64,000 bases of DNA from positions 496,001 to 560,000 of the forward strand of contig JASTWF010000180.1 of the NCBI GenBank assembly GCA_030390025.1, written 5' to 3'. Positions 1-11,942 of the stretch are shown here, one piece after another. This DNA comes from Squalus acanthias. Lineage: Eukaryota. The notes below the pieces were generated by a model. It saw nothing but the letters and a program-made list of their open reading frames with translations. It did no database searches and was not told the DNA's origin. Made by a program: the position numbers and the translations under genes. Within the stretch, counting starts at the first letter, position 1, and every line of letters starts with the position of its first letter.

Positions 1-574
1 TAGGTATACCCGGTTCCAGCACAACTTTTAAATTTGTACCAAATAGTTTATTTTGCCTCTCCTCATTCCTCCTACCTAAATGAATCACCTCAAACTACTC
101 TGCATTAAATTTCCTCTGCCGTGTGTTTGGTCATTTCATCACTCTGTCGATATCGTCCTGAGCTGTGTTACTATCCTCATCACTGTTCACTAGACTTCCG
201 AGTTTCGTGTTATCTGAAAACATTGAAAGTATGCCCTTTACACACAAGTCCAGGGCATTACTATAAAGATCAAAAAGAGCTGTGGCCCCAACACCGAGCT
301 CTGGAGGACACCACTGCACACTTCCTTCCAGTCAGAAAATCAACGGTTCAACACTATTCTGCGTTCTGCCCCTCAGCTAACTTCGTGATCCCGCAGGAAC
401 TGCCCCTTTAATCCCATGGGCTTCAATTTTGCTAACAAGTCTATCATGGGGTATTTTATCAAACACCAATGGAAAATCAATGCACACAACATGAAACGCA
501 CTACCTTCATCCACCCTCTGTTACTTTATCAAAAAACTGGAACAAGTTAATCAAACGCAAATGTTGTTTTATTC

Positions 575-1350
575 TTCGTTCATGGGATGTGGCAAGGCCA
601 GCATTTATTGGCCATCCCTAATTGCCCCTGAGAAGGCGGTGGTGAGCCGCCTCCTTGGACGGCTGCAGTCGGTGTGCTTTTAGAGAGGGAGTTCCAGGAT
701 TTTGACCCAGCGACGATGAAGGATTGGCGATATATTTGTAAGTCAGGAAGGTGTGTGACTTCGAGGGGAACTTGGAGGTGGTGGTGTTCCCGTGCGCCTG
801 CTGCCCTTGTCCTTCTAGGTGGTAGATGTCCCGGGTTTGAGGGGTGGTGGCGAAGAAGTCTTGGTGAGTTGATGCAGTGCATCTTGTAGATGGTAAGCAC
901 TGCTGCCACGGTACGTCGGTGTGTGGACGGAGTGAATGTTTAAGGTGGTGGATGGGGTGCCAATCAAGTTGGCTGCTTTGTCCTGGCCGTTGTCGAGTGT
1001 CTTGTGTGTTGTTGTAGCTGCAGTGATCCAGGCAAGTGTAGAGTATTCCATCACACTCCTTACTTCTGCCGTGTAGATGGTGGAAAGGCTTTGGAGAGTC
1101 AGGAGGTGAGACACTCGCGGCAGAATGCCCAGCCTCTGAGCTGCTCTTGTTGCCACTGTATTTATGTGACTGGTCCAGTTAAGTTTCTGGTCAATGGTGA
1201 CCCCCAGGATATTGATGGTGGTGGATTCAGTGATGTTGATGCATTTGAATGTCAAGGGGAAATGATTAGACTCTCGATTGTTGGAGATAGTCATTGCCTG
1301 GCAATTGTGTGGCGCCAATGTTAACTGCCACTTATCAGCCCAAACCTGAA
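575..1350 (-). mobile_element. CR1/L2-group LINE 3' fragment (related copies ~9390-10185, 19130-19765, 26400-27520, 40560-41470, 47160-47430, 48690-49490)
   Basis: RT C-terminal peptide TINILGVTIDQKLNWTSHINTVATRA...VRSVMEYS. Confidence 0.75.
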
Positions 1351-1949
1351 CATAAAAACACAAGAACATAAGAAATAGGAGCAGGAGTAGGCCATTCGGC
1401 CCTTCTAGCCTGCTACGCCGTTCAATGAGATAATGTCTGATCTTCTGCCTTAACTCCATTCACCAGCACTATCAGCATATCCGTTGATGCCCTTACTAGT
1501 CAGAAAACTATCGACTTCTGTTTTGAATATACCCAACGACTGAGCCTCTACAACCCTCTGGTATAGAGAATTCCAAAGATTCACCAACATCTGTGTGAAA
1601 AAAAATCCTCTCCTCTCAGTCCAGAAGGGCCTACCCTTTATCCTGAGGCTGTGGCCCCTGGTCCTAGACTCCGCAGCCAAGGGAGTCATTCTCCCAGCAT
1701 CCACCCTATCAAGCCCTGTAACAATTTAGTATGCTTCAATGAGATCCACTCTCATTCTTCTGAATTCAAGAGAATACACGCCTAGTGTACTCAATCTCTT
1801 CTCTTACGACAGACCATCCATCCCAGGAATCAATCTCGTGGAACTTCGTTGCACGCCCTCTATGACAGGTATATCCTTCCTTAGGTAAGGAGAACAAAAT
1901 TGTACACAGTACACCAGGTGTGGACTCAACAAGGCCCTATATAATTGGA

Positions 1950-2694
1950 AATAACAACAGAAAACGCTGGAAAAACTCAGCAGGCCAGGCAGCATCCGTG
2001 GAGAGAGAAAGAGAGTTAACGTTTCAGGTCGATGACCTTTCATCAGAACTGGGAAGAGCCGGAAATCAAATAGATTTAAGGCCAGGGTAAAGCTGGGAAA
2101 AAGGGGAGGGGATAAAGGAACAAAGGGGGAGATGTAGAGACATTAAGAGACATTAAGAGATATGCAAGGCTAGAGGTGGTGTTAATGTGACAGATTAAGG
2201 CTGAATGAAGTGTGAAATCCACTGGCAGAATGAAGGACAGCTGCCAGCTTCTAGGAGGAAAAAAAAAGGTGGGGGGGGACAACTAAAAGGGTGGATAAAA
2301 TAAAATATAAATGTGATTGGAGCTGAGGTTATGATCTAAAATTGTTGAACTCGATATTGAGTCCAGAGGGCTGTAGCGTGCCTAAACGAAAGATGAGGTG
2401 CTGTTCCTCGAGCTTACGCTGAGCTTCCGTGGAACAGTGTAATAGGCCGAGGACGGTGAGGTCAGAGTGGGAGTGAAGCGGTGAATTAAAGTGACAGGCC
2501 ACCGGGAGCTCGGGGTCCCCCTTACGGACTGAACGGAGGTGTTCCGCAAAGCGGTCACCCAATCTGCGTTTGGTCTCCCCAATGTAGAGGAGTCCACATC
2601 GTGAGCAGCGAATACAGTATACTAAATTGCAGGAAGTACAAGTAAATCGCTGTTTCACCTGGAAGGGGTGTTTGGGGCCCTGGACAGTGGGAAG
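1950..2694 (-). mobile_element. Penelope-like element 3' fragment (GIY-YIG endonuclease + pseudo-LTR)
   Basis: ORF 2329-2856 contains NLVYCIRCSRCGLLYIGETKRRLGDRFAEH...PVACHF...LGTLQPSGLN. Flanked by an 11-bp duplication ATATAATTGGA (1939-1949 / 2695-2705). Confidence 0.88.
2014..2050 (-). ncRNA. Minimal type I hammerhead ribozyme motif in the Penelope pseudo-LTR
   Basis: Minus strand reads AGTT-CTGATGA-A-AGGTC(ATC)GACCT-GAAAC-GTT-AACT: conserved core, 5-bp stem II, palindromic stem III and 4-bp stem I. Confidence 0.75.
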
Positions 2695-2884
2695 ATATAA
2701 TTGGAGTAAGACTTCTTTACTCCTGTACTCAAATCCTCTTGGAATGAAGGCCAGCATATCATTTGCCTTCCTAATGGCTTGCTGCTCCTGCACATTCACT
2801 TTCAGTGTCTCATGTACAAGGACACCCAGGACCCTTTGAGCATCTGCATTTCCCAATCTTTCATCTGCAAGTTAGCTGGAGGGG

Positions 2885-3811
2885 ATGGCAGGGGAGGCAG
2901 TGAAATGTTCCTCCTGCAGAATGTTTGAGGTGATGGACGCCGTAGGTGTACCTGCTGATTACACCTGTGGGAAGTGCACCCATCTCCAGCTCCTCGAAAA
3001 CCGTGTTAGGGAACTGGAGCTGGAGCTGGATGAACTTCGGATCATTCGGGAGGCAGAGGAGGTCATAGATAGAAGCTTCAGGGATGTAATTACTCCAAAG
3101 CATGAAGATAGATGGGTGACGGTGAGAGGAGCTAGGAGGAAGCAGTCAGTGCAGGGATCCTCTGTGGTCGTTCCCCTCAGTAACAGGTATACCGCTTTGA
3201 ATACTGTTGAGGGGGACGACTTACCAGTGGTAAGCCATGGTGACCGGATCTCCGGCGCTGGGTCCGTCCCTGTGGCTCAGAAGGGAAGGGGGGAGAGCAG
3301 GAGAGCAATAGTTATTGGGGACTCAATAGTCAGAGGGACAGATAGGAGGTTCTGTGGCAGCAAAAGAGACTCACGGATGGTATGTTGCCTCCCGGGTGCC
3401 AGGGTCCGTGACGTCTCGGACCGTGTTTTCAGAATCCTCAAAGGGGAGGGGGAACAATCACAAGTCGTGGTACACATCGGTACCAACGACATAGGTAGGA
3501 GAAGCGACGGGGATTTAAAACAGGAATTTAGGGAGCTAGGTTGGAAGCTGAGAGCCAGTACAAACCATGTTGTAATTTCTGGTTTATTGCCGGTGCCACG
3601 TGCTAGCGAGTTGAGGAACAGGGAGAGAGTGCAGATAAACACGTGGCTGCAGGGATGGTGTAGCGGGGAGGGTTTCAGTTATGTGGATAATTGGAGCACA
3701 TTCTGGGGAAGGTGGGACCTGTACAAACAGGACGGTTTGCACCTGAACCAGAGGGGCACCAATATCCTGGGAGGGAAATTTGCTACGGCTCTTCGGGGGG
3801 GTTTAAACTAA
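2885..3811 (+). CDS. CR1 ORF1 (Cys zinc-finger + coiled coil + SGNH/GDSL esterase-like domain)
   Basis: CxxC...CxxC motif, a leucine repeat, and the esterase blocks IVIGDSIVRG, HIGTND and DGLHLN. Confidence 0.9.
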   Translation: MAGEAVKCSSCRMFEVMDAVGVPADYTCGKCTHLQLLENRVRELELELDELRIIREAEEVIDRSFRDVITPKHEDRWVTVRGARRKQSVQGSSVVVPLSNRYTALNTVEGDDLPVVSHGDRISGAGSVPVAQKGRGESRRAIVIGDSIVRGTDRRFCGSKRDSRMVCCLPGARVRDVSDRVFRILKGEGEQSQVVVHIGTNDIGRRSDGDLKQEFRELGWKLRASTNHVVISGLLPVPRASELRNRERVQINTWLQGWCSGEGFSYVDNWSTFWGRWDLYKQDGLHLNQRGTNILGGKFATALRGGLN

Positions 3812-6707
3812 TTTGTCAGGGGGATGGGAAAAAGGGCTGTAGTCCAGGAGCCAGTGGTGAGTGTAGGGAGGTACTGAGGAGGGTATCAAGGTCGCAGGAA
3901 TGTACCTGCAGACAGGAAGATGGCTTGAAGTGTGTCTACTTCAATGCAAGGAGCATCCGGAATAAGATAGGAGAACTTGGAGCGTGGATTGGTACTTGGG
4001 ACTACGATGTGGTGGCCATTACGGAGACATGGTTAGAACAGGGACAGGAATGGTTGTTGGAAGTTCCGGGGTATAGATGTTTCAGTAAGAGTAGGGAAGT
4101 TGGTAAGAAAGGTGGAGGAGTAGCATTGTTAATCAAGGATAGTTTAACAGCGGCAGAAAGGCAGTTCGAGGGGGATCTGCCGTCTGAGGTAATATGGGCT
4201 GAAGTTAGAAATAGGAAAGGAGCGGTCACGTTGTTAGGAGTTTTCTACAGGCCCCCAAATAGTAATAGAGATGTGGAGGAAGAAATTGCAAAGCAGATTA
4301 TGAATAGGTGTGGAGGTCACAGAGTAGTTGTCATGGGTGACTTCAACTTTCCAAATATTGATTGGAACCTTTATAGGTCAAATAGTTCGGATGGGATAGT
4401 TTTTGCACAGTGTGTGCAGGAGGGTTTCCTGACACAATATGTGGATAGGCCGACAAGAGCTGGGGCCACGTTGGATTTGGTACTGGTAATGAACTGGGCC
4501 AAGTGTTTGATTTGTATGTGGGAGAGCACTTTGGAGATAGTGACCACAATTCGGTAACTTTCACTATTGCAATGGAGAGGGATAGGGCCATACGGCAGGG
4601 CAGGGTTTATAATTGGGGGAGGGGTAATTATGATGCGATTAGGCAAGAATTAGGGAGTATAAGATGGGAACAGAAACTATCAGGGAAAGGCACAAACGAA
4701 AAGTGGAGCTTTTTCATGGAGCAATTACTGCGTGTCCTTGATAGGTATGTCCCTGTCAGGCAGGGAGGAAATGGCCGAGTGAGAGAACCATGGTTCACAA
4801 AAGAGGTTGAATGTCTAGTCAAGAGGAAAAAGGAAGCGTATGTAAGGATGAGAAAACAAGGTTCAGTTGGGTCGATTGAGGGGTACAAGGTAGCAAGGAA
4901 TGAGCTAAAAAAAGAGCTTAGGAGAGCTAGGAGGGGGCATGAGAAGTCCTTGGCGGGTCGGATCAAGAAAAACCCCAAGGCCTTTTACTCTTATGTGAGA
5001 AATAAAAGAATGACCAGGGTGAGGGTAGGGCCGGTCAAGGACAGTAGTGGGAACTTGTGCATGGAGTCAGAAGAGATAGGAGAGGTGATGAATGAATACT
5101 TTTCGTCAGTGTTCACCGAGGAGAGGGGCCATGTTCTTGAGGATGAGAGTGTGATAAAGGTGGATAGGCTGGAGGTGGTAGATGTTCTGAGGGAAGATGT
5201 TTTAGCAATTTTGAAGAACCTGAGGGTCGATAAGTCCCCTGGGCCAGATGGGATATATCCTAGGATTCTTTGGGAGGCAAGGGAGGAGATTGCAGAGCCT
5301 CTGGCTTTGATCTTTGGGTCCTCACTGTCCACGGGGATGGGGCCAGAGGACTGGAGAGTGGCGAATGTTGTTCCTCTCTTCAAGAAAGGAAATAGGAATG
5401 ACCCTGGTAATTATAGGCCGGTTAGTCTTACTTCGGTGGTTGGTAAGATAATGGAAAAGGTCCTGAGGGATAGGATTTATGACCATTTGGAAAGGGGCAA
5501 CCTAATCAGGGATAGTCAACACGGATTCGTGAAGGGTAAGTCTTGCCTAACAAATTTGATTGAATTCTTTGAGGAGGTAACTAAGTGTGTAGATGAAGGT
5601 AGAGCAGTTGATGTCGTATACATGGATTTTAGTAAGGCGTTTGATAAGGTTCCCCATGGTCGGCTCATGAAGAAAGTAAGGAGTTGTGGGATAGAGGGAA
5701 ATTTGGCCGTTTGGATAAGTAACTGGCTATCTCATAGAAGGCAGAGGGTGGTGGTGGATGGAACATTTTCGGACTGGAGACCAGTTACCAGCGGTGTGCC
5801 ACAGGGGTCGGTGCTGGGTCCTCTGCTGTTTGTGATTTTCATCAATGACTTGGAGGAGGGGACTGAAGGGTGGATCAGTAAATTTGCTGATGACACCAAG
5901 ATTGGTGGAGCAGTGGATGAGGTGGAGGGCTGTTGTAGGCTGCAAAGAGACATTGATAGGATGCAGAGCTGGGCCGAAAAATGTCAGATGGAATTTAACC
6001 CTGATAAGTGCGAGGTGATTCATTTTGGTAGGGCAAATTTGAATGAGGATTACAGGGTCAACGGCAGGGTTCTGAGGAACGTGGAGGAGCAGAGGGATCT
6101 GGGGGTTCATATCCACAGATCTCTGAAGGTTGCCACTCAAGTGGATAGAGCAGTAAAGAAGGCCTATGGTGTGTTGGCGTTTATTAACAGAGGGTTTGAG
6201 TTTAAGAACCGTGAGGTTATGCTGCAACTGTACAGGACCTTGGTGAGACCACATTTGGAATATTGTGTGCAGTTCTGGTCACCTCACTATAGGAAGGACG
6301 TGGAAGCATTGGAAAGAGTGCAAAGGAGATTTACCAGGATGCTGCCTGGTTTGGGGGGGAGGTCTTATGAGGAAAGATTGAGGGAGTTGGGGCTTTTCTC
6401 TTTAGAGCGGAGGAGGATGAGAGACGACTTATTAGAGGTTTATAAGATGATGAGGGGGATAGATAGAGTGGATGTTCAGAGATTATTTCCTCGGGTAGAG
6501 GCAGCTGTTACAAGGGGGCATAACTATAAGGTGCATGGGGGGAGATATAGAAGGGATGTCCGAGGTAGATTCTTTACTCAGAGAGTGGTTGGGGTGTGGA
6601 ATGGACTGCCTGCTGTGATAGTGGAGTCGGACACTTTAGGAACTTTCAAGCGGTTATTGGATAAGCACATGGAGCACACCAGAGTGATAGGGAGTGTGAT
6701 AGCTTGA
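3812..6707 (+). pseudogene. CR1 ORF2 (APE endonuclease + reverse transcriptase) with one frameshift near 4486
   Basis: APE motifs YFNARS, ITETW and GDFN in ORF 3691-4557. RT motifs DFSKAFD, GVPQGSVLGP and FADD in ORF 4503-6707. Confidence 0.9.
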
Positions 6708-7559
6708 TCTTGGTCTCGGACAATGCTTGGCACAACATCGAGGGCCGAAGGGCCTGTACTGTGCTGTACTGTTCTATGTTCTATGTTCTATGTTCATCAT
6801 TTAGGAAATACTCTGCCTTTCTGTTTTTTCTACCAAAGTGGATAACTTCACATTTATCCACGTTATATTCTATCTGCTATATTCTCGCCCACTCACTGAG
6901 CCTGTCGAGATCCACTTTAAACTTCTTCACATCCTCTTCACAATTGACACTGCCACCTAGCTTTGTATCATCAGCAAATTTGGAAATGTTACATTTAGTT
7001 CCCTCTTCCAACTCATTGATATAGATTGTGAATTGCTGGGGGCCAAGCAGCGATCCTTGCGGTACCCCATTAGTCACAGCCTGCCATCCTGAAAAAGACC
7101 CGTTTATCCCTACACTTTGTTTTCTTCCTGTTAACTAATTATCAATCCATGCTAGTATAATACCCCCAATTCCATGTGCCCTAATTTTGTTCACCAACCT
7201 CATGTGTGGGACCTTATCGAAGGCCTAATGAAAATCCAAATACACCACTTCTACCGTTTCCCCTTTGTCTACTCCACTAGTTACATCCTCAAAGAACCCC
7301 AATAGGTTTGTTAAACTGGATTTCCCTTTCATCAATCCATGTTGACTCTGCCCAATCTTACTATTAGTTTCTAAGTGCCCAGTAATTGCATCCGGTATAA
7401 TAGATTCCAGCGTCCTTGTGAACGTCCTCCAGGTCTTGTTGGATGCGGGCATGGACTGCTTCATTATCTGAGGAGTTGTGAATGCCACTGAACACTGTGC
7501 AGTCATCAGACCTACGTCAATAATGAGCCATTGTCAAGGCACAGTTTGTGTTTTGGTGG

Positions 7560-7660
7560 ATGCTGTCACGTGTTTGCAGCCGACGTCGGTTGCATGCAAC
7601 CAATATCTGGCGACTTCAAACCCGCCCCTTTCTGACTTTTGCATAAAGCCCCATAAGTGA
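7560..7660 (+). promoter_or_regulatory. Putative V1 promoter (paralogues at ~12838-12935 and ~22728-22825)
   Basis: Lies 85-185 bp upstream of the ATG. Contains CACGTG (7567), CCGACGTCGG (7580), GGTTGCATGCAACC (7588), CCAAT (7600), GC box CCCGCCCC (7621) and TATA-like CATAAA (7642). Largely conserved in all three cassettes. Confidence 0.6.
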
Positions 7661-7745
7661 GGTTCGGGTCCAACAATCCAGGACCTGCGTTGCCCAGTGA
7701 GTGACTGAAGGAACGGCTGCCTAATTTAGCCAAATGCCCAGAAGC

Positions 7746-8217
7746 ATGAGGTCGGCGATTTCTCTCGGCCTACTGCTTGGTTTCCTATCCAGTGCGTAGC
7801 TATAACTGTTCCGTATTGTTCTAATCTTTCTGTTTCTCTGTTAGTCCATCTCGGGATGTGTTACAGAGCCAGGAGTCACTTCACCATTATTAATGCTTCT
7901 TTACTTTTATAGATGTCCTGTCGGATGTGGTGTTGACTCAGCCAGAGGCAGAGACCAGGCGTCTCGGACAGTCCCTGAGACTGACCTGTAAAACCAGAGG
8001 GTTCGATCTTGGCACCGGCTGGATGTACTGGTACCGACAAAGCTCCGGGAAGAGAATGGATTGGCTAGTTTGGTACTATGGTAAAGACAACAACGGGTAC
8101 CATCAAGAAGTTAGAGCACGCGTTACTGCTTCCAAAGACCTTTCAAACAATATCTTCGCTTTGGATATCAAGGGATTGACACTGGGAGACAGCGCCACTT
8201 ATTATTGCGCTCAGAGT
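7746..8217 (+). CDS. Ig heavy-chain-like V segment 1 (leader exon 7746-7791, intron 7792-7912, V exon 7913-8217); candidate TCR-associated Ig-like V (TAILV/VHdelta type)
   Basis: Leader [15 protein letters not shown] with GT donor at 7792 and AG acceptor at 7911-7912. Open 98-aa V domain [11 protein letters not shown]...LTCKTRGFDL...WYRQ...[12 protein letters not shown]...[10 protein letters not shown] with both Ig cysteines and the Trp. Framework matches shark IgM/IgW-type VH. Directly followed by a 23-RSS. Confidence 0.93.
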
Positions 8218-8256
8218 CACAGTGATACAGGTCAGACCCAGACTTGCACAAAAACA
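8218..8256 (+). other. 23-RSS of V1
   Basis: CACAGTG + 23-nt spacer (ATACAGGTCAGACCCAGACTTGC) + ACAAAAACA. Confidence 0.96.
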
Positions 8257-10788
8257 GAAAAGAGGAAATGCAACAGTTTCCGCCATCATCAAACAGCAAT
8301 AAATCCACTGTTGACAGCAGTTCATAGAAACACAAAACTATACAGCACAGAAAGGGGCCGTTCGGCGATATGCCTGTGCTGGCTCATTCAAAAGAGATTC
8401 AATTAGTCCCACTCTCCAACACTTTTCCCATAGTCCTGTAAATGTTTCCTTTCAAGTAATTGTCCAATTCCCTTTTGAAAGTTATTGTTGCATTTGTTTC
8501 CTCTAGTCTTTCAGGCAGTGCATTCCAGACCATAACAGCTCGCTGCGTAATATTTTTATCCTCAAGTCGCCTCTGATTCTTTTGCCAATTGCCTTAACTC
8601 TGTGTCCTTCACCTGAAACGTTAACTCTGTTTCTCTCTCCATAGATGCTGCCTGACCTGCTGAGCATTTCCAGCATTTTCTGTTTTAATTTCAGGTTTCC
8701 AGCATCCGAAGTATTTTGCTTTTGTTTCCATGTTTTTGTACTCTATGCCTCTACTTATAAAGCCAATGATCCAGATTTATTTTGCAACAGCCTTTTCAAC
8801 TGGTCCTACCACGTTCAAAGACGGGTTTAGGAATACCCTGTTCAAGCACCCCTTTTATTTTGCCTCTCCTCATTCTTCCGACCAAAATGAATCACCTCAA
8901 ACTTCTCTGCATTAAATTACCTCTGCCGTGTGTCTGGCCATTTCATCAATCTGTCTGTATCGTCCTGAGCTGTGTTACTATCCTCCTCACTGTTCACTAG
9001 ATTTCCGAGTTTCGTGTTATCTGAAAACATTGAAAGTATGTTCTTTACACACAAGCCCAGTGCATTAATATAAAGATCAAAAAGAGCAGTGGCCCCAACA
9101 CCGAGCACTGGAGGACACCACTGCACACTTCCTTCCAGTCAGACAATCAACTGTTCAACACTATTCTGCGTTCTGCACCTCAGCTAACTTCGTGTTCCCG
9201 CAGCTACTGACCCTTTAATCCCATGTGCCTCAATTTTGCTAACAAGTCTAGCATGGGGTACTTTATCAAACGCCAATGGAAAATGTATCTACACAAGAGG
9301 AAACGCACTATCTTCATCCACTCTCTCAGTTACTTTATCAAAAAAACTGGAACAAGTTAATCAAACACAAATGTTTTTTTATTCTTCGTTCATGGGATGT
9401 GGGCGTCGCTGGCAAGGCCAGCATTTAATGGCCATCCCTAGTTGCCCTTGAGAAGGCGGTGGTGTGCCGCCTTCTTGAACCGCTGCAGTCCGTGTGCTGA
9501 AGGTACTTCCAACGTTTTTTTAAGGAGAGTGTTCCAGGATTTTGACCCAGCGACGATTAAGGATCGGCGATATACTTGTACATCAGGGTGATGTGTGACT
9601 TCGAGGGAAACTTGGAGGTGGTAGTATACCCGTGCGCCTGCTGCACTTGTCCTTGTAGGTGGAAGAGGTCGCGTGTTTGGCAGGTGGTGCTGAAGAAGTC
9701 TTGGTGAGTTGCTGCAGTCAATCTTGTAGATGGTACACACTGCAGCCACGGTACGCCGGTGGTGGAGGGAGCGAACGTTTAAGCTGGTGGATGGGCTGCC
9801 AGTCAAGCGGGCTGCTTTGTCCTGGATGGTGTCGAGTTTCTTGAGTGTTGTTGGAGATGCACTGATGCAGGAAAGGGAAGAGTATTCCATCACACACCTA
9901 CTTGTGCCTTGTAGATGGTGGAAAGGCTTTGGGGAGTCAGGAGGTGAGACACTCGCCGCAGGATACCTAGCCTCTGACCTGTTCTTGTGTCAACAGTATT
10001 TATGTGGCTGGTCCAGTTAAATTTCTGCTCAATGGTGACCGCCAGGATATTGATGGTGCGGGATTCGGCGATGGTAATGCCTTTGAATGTCAAGGGGAGA
10101 TGATCAGACTCTCGCTTTTTTGACAAAGTCATTGCCTGGCACTTGTGTGGCGCCAATGTTAACTGCCACTTATCAGCCCAAACCTTAACATAAGAACATA
10201 AGAAATAGGAGCCATTCGGTCCTTCGAGCCTGCTGCACCATTCAATGAGATCATGGCTGATCATCTGCCTCAACTCCATTCACCGGCCCTATCGCCAAAT
10301 CCCTTGATGTCATTACTAGTCAGAAATCTATCGACTTCTGCTTTGAATATACGCAATGACTGAGCCTCCAAAGCCCTCTGGGGTAGAGAATTCCAAAGAT
10401 TCACCAAACTCTGTGTGAAAAAATGTCTTCTCATCTCAGTCCTGAATAGCTTACCCTTTATACTGAGTTTGTGGGCCCTGGTTCTAGACCCCCAATCCAA
10501 GGGAAACATTCTCCCAGCATCCATCCTATCAAGCGCTGTAACAATTTTGTATGCTTCAATGAGATCCCCTCTCATTCTTCTGAATTCAAGAGAATACAGG
10601 CCTAGTTTACTGAATCTCCTCTCATACTTCAGTCCAGCCATCCCAGGAATCAATCTCGTGAAACTTCGTTGCACGCCCTCTATGGCCAATATATCCTTCC
10701 TTAGGTAAGGAGACCAAAATGGTACACAGTTCACTAGGTGTGGTCTCACCAAGGCCCTATATAATTGGAGTAAGACTTCTTTACTCCT

Positions 10789-11942
10789 GCATAAGAGATT
10801 AGCGGGTAAAGTTAAGGCACATGGGATTGGAGGCAAGGTATTGACTTGGATAGAGAACTGGTTGGCGGACAGAAAGCAGAGAGTAGGAATTAATGGATCT
10901 TTTTCCGAGTGGCAAGCAGTGACTAGTGGGGTACCGCAGGGATCGGTCCTTGGACCCCAGCTATTCACAATATACATTAATGATCTAGATAAGGGAATTA
11001 AATGTAATATCTCCAAGTTTGCAGATGACACAAAGCTGGGTGGGAGTGTGTGCAGCGAGGAGGATAGCGAGAAACTCCAGGATGATCTGGACAGGTTGGG
11101 TGAGTGGGCAGAAGCGTGGCAGATGCAATATAACGTGGATAAGTGCGAGGTTATCCACTTTGGTGTCAAAAACAGAAAGGCAGACTATTATCTGAATGGC
11201 AATAGATTGGGAGAAGGGGAAGTGCAACGAGACCTGGGTGTCCTTGTGCACCAGTCGCTGAAAGTAAGCATGCAGGTGCAGCAGGCGGTTAAGAAGGCAA
11301 ATGGTATGTTGGCCTTCATAGCGAAAGGGTTCGAGTATAGGAACAGGGATGTTCTGCTGCAGTTGTACAGGGCCTTGGTGAGACCACACCTTGAGTACTG
11401 TGTGCAATTTTGGTCGCCTTATCTGAGGAAGGATGTTCTTGCCATGGAAGGAGTTCAGCGAAGATTCACAAGGCTGATACCTGGGATGGCAGGAATGACA
11501 TATGAGGAGAGATTGGGTCGATTGGGCTTATACTCACTGGAGTATAGAAGAATGAGAGGGGATCTCATCGAAACATATAAAATTCTGACTGGTCTGGACA
11601 AACTAGATGCAGGAAGAATGTTCCCGATGGTCGGAGAGTCCAGAACCAGGGGTCATAATCTACAGATAACGGGTAAACCATTTAGGACAGAAATGAGGAA
11701 GAATTTCTTCACCCAGAGACTGGTGAACCTGTGGAATTCTCTACCACAGAAGGTAGTTGAGGCGAAGTCATTAAATATATTCAAGGATGAGTTAGATATA
11801 TTTCTTAAAGCTAAAGGTATCAAGGGATATGGGGAGAAGGCAGGTACAGGCTACTGAGTTTGGATGATCAGCCATGATCTCATCGAATGGCGGAGCAGGC
11901 TCGATGGGCCGAATGGCCTACTCCTTCTCCTATCTTCTCTGT
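10789..11942 (+). mobile_element. 5'-truncated young CR1 LINE inserted into an opposite-strand CR1
   Basis: Open 338-aa RT C-terminal ORF at 10841-11857 plus 3' UTR. Confidence 0.9.

Larger units (their letters stand above)
2866..6792 (+). mobile_element. Near full-length CR1 LINE
   Basis: ORF1 plus ORF2, a (GTTCTAT)n tail, and a short TTCATC duplication at both ends inside an older CR1. Confidence 0.93.

Noticed and set aside
8218-8406. C-terminal extensions ([17 protein letters not shown]...) of the 159-160 aa V ORFs
   Set aside because: These are read-through of the RSS and flank in unrearranged DNA, not a real domain. The track's start codons are also internal, because the true start is in the leader exon.
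10270-11169. 299-aa minus-strand ORF and similar ORFs (815-1459, 2329-2856 N-terminus, 48235-48885) as novel fusion genes
   Set aside because: They are chance in-frame junctions of nested LINE fragments or antisense frames of RT sequence.
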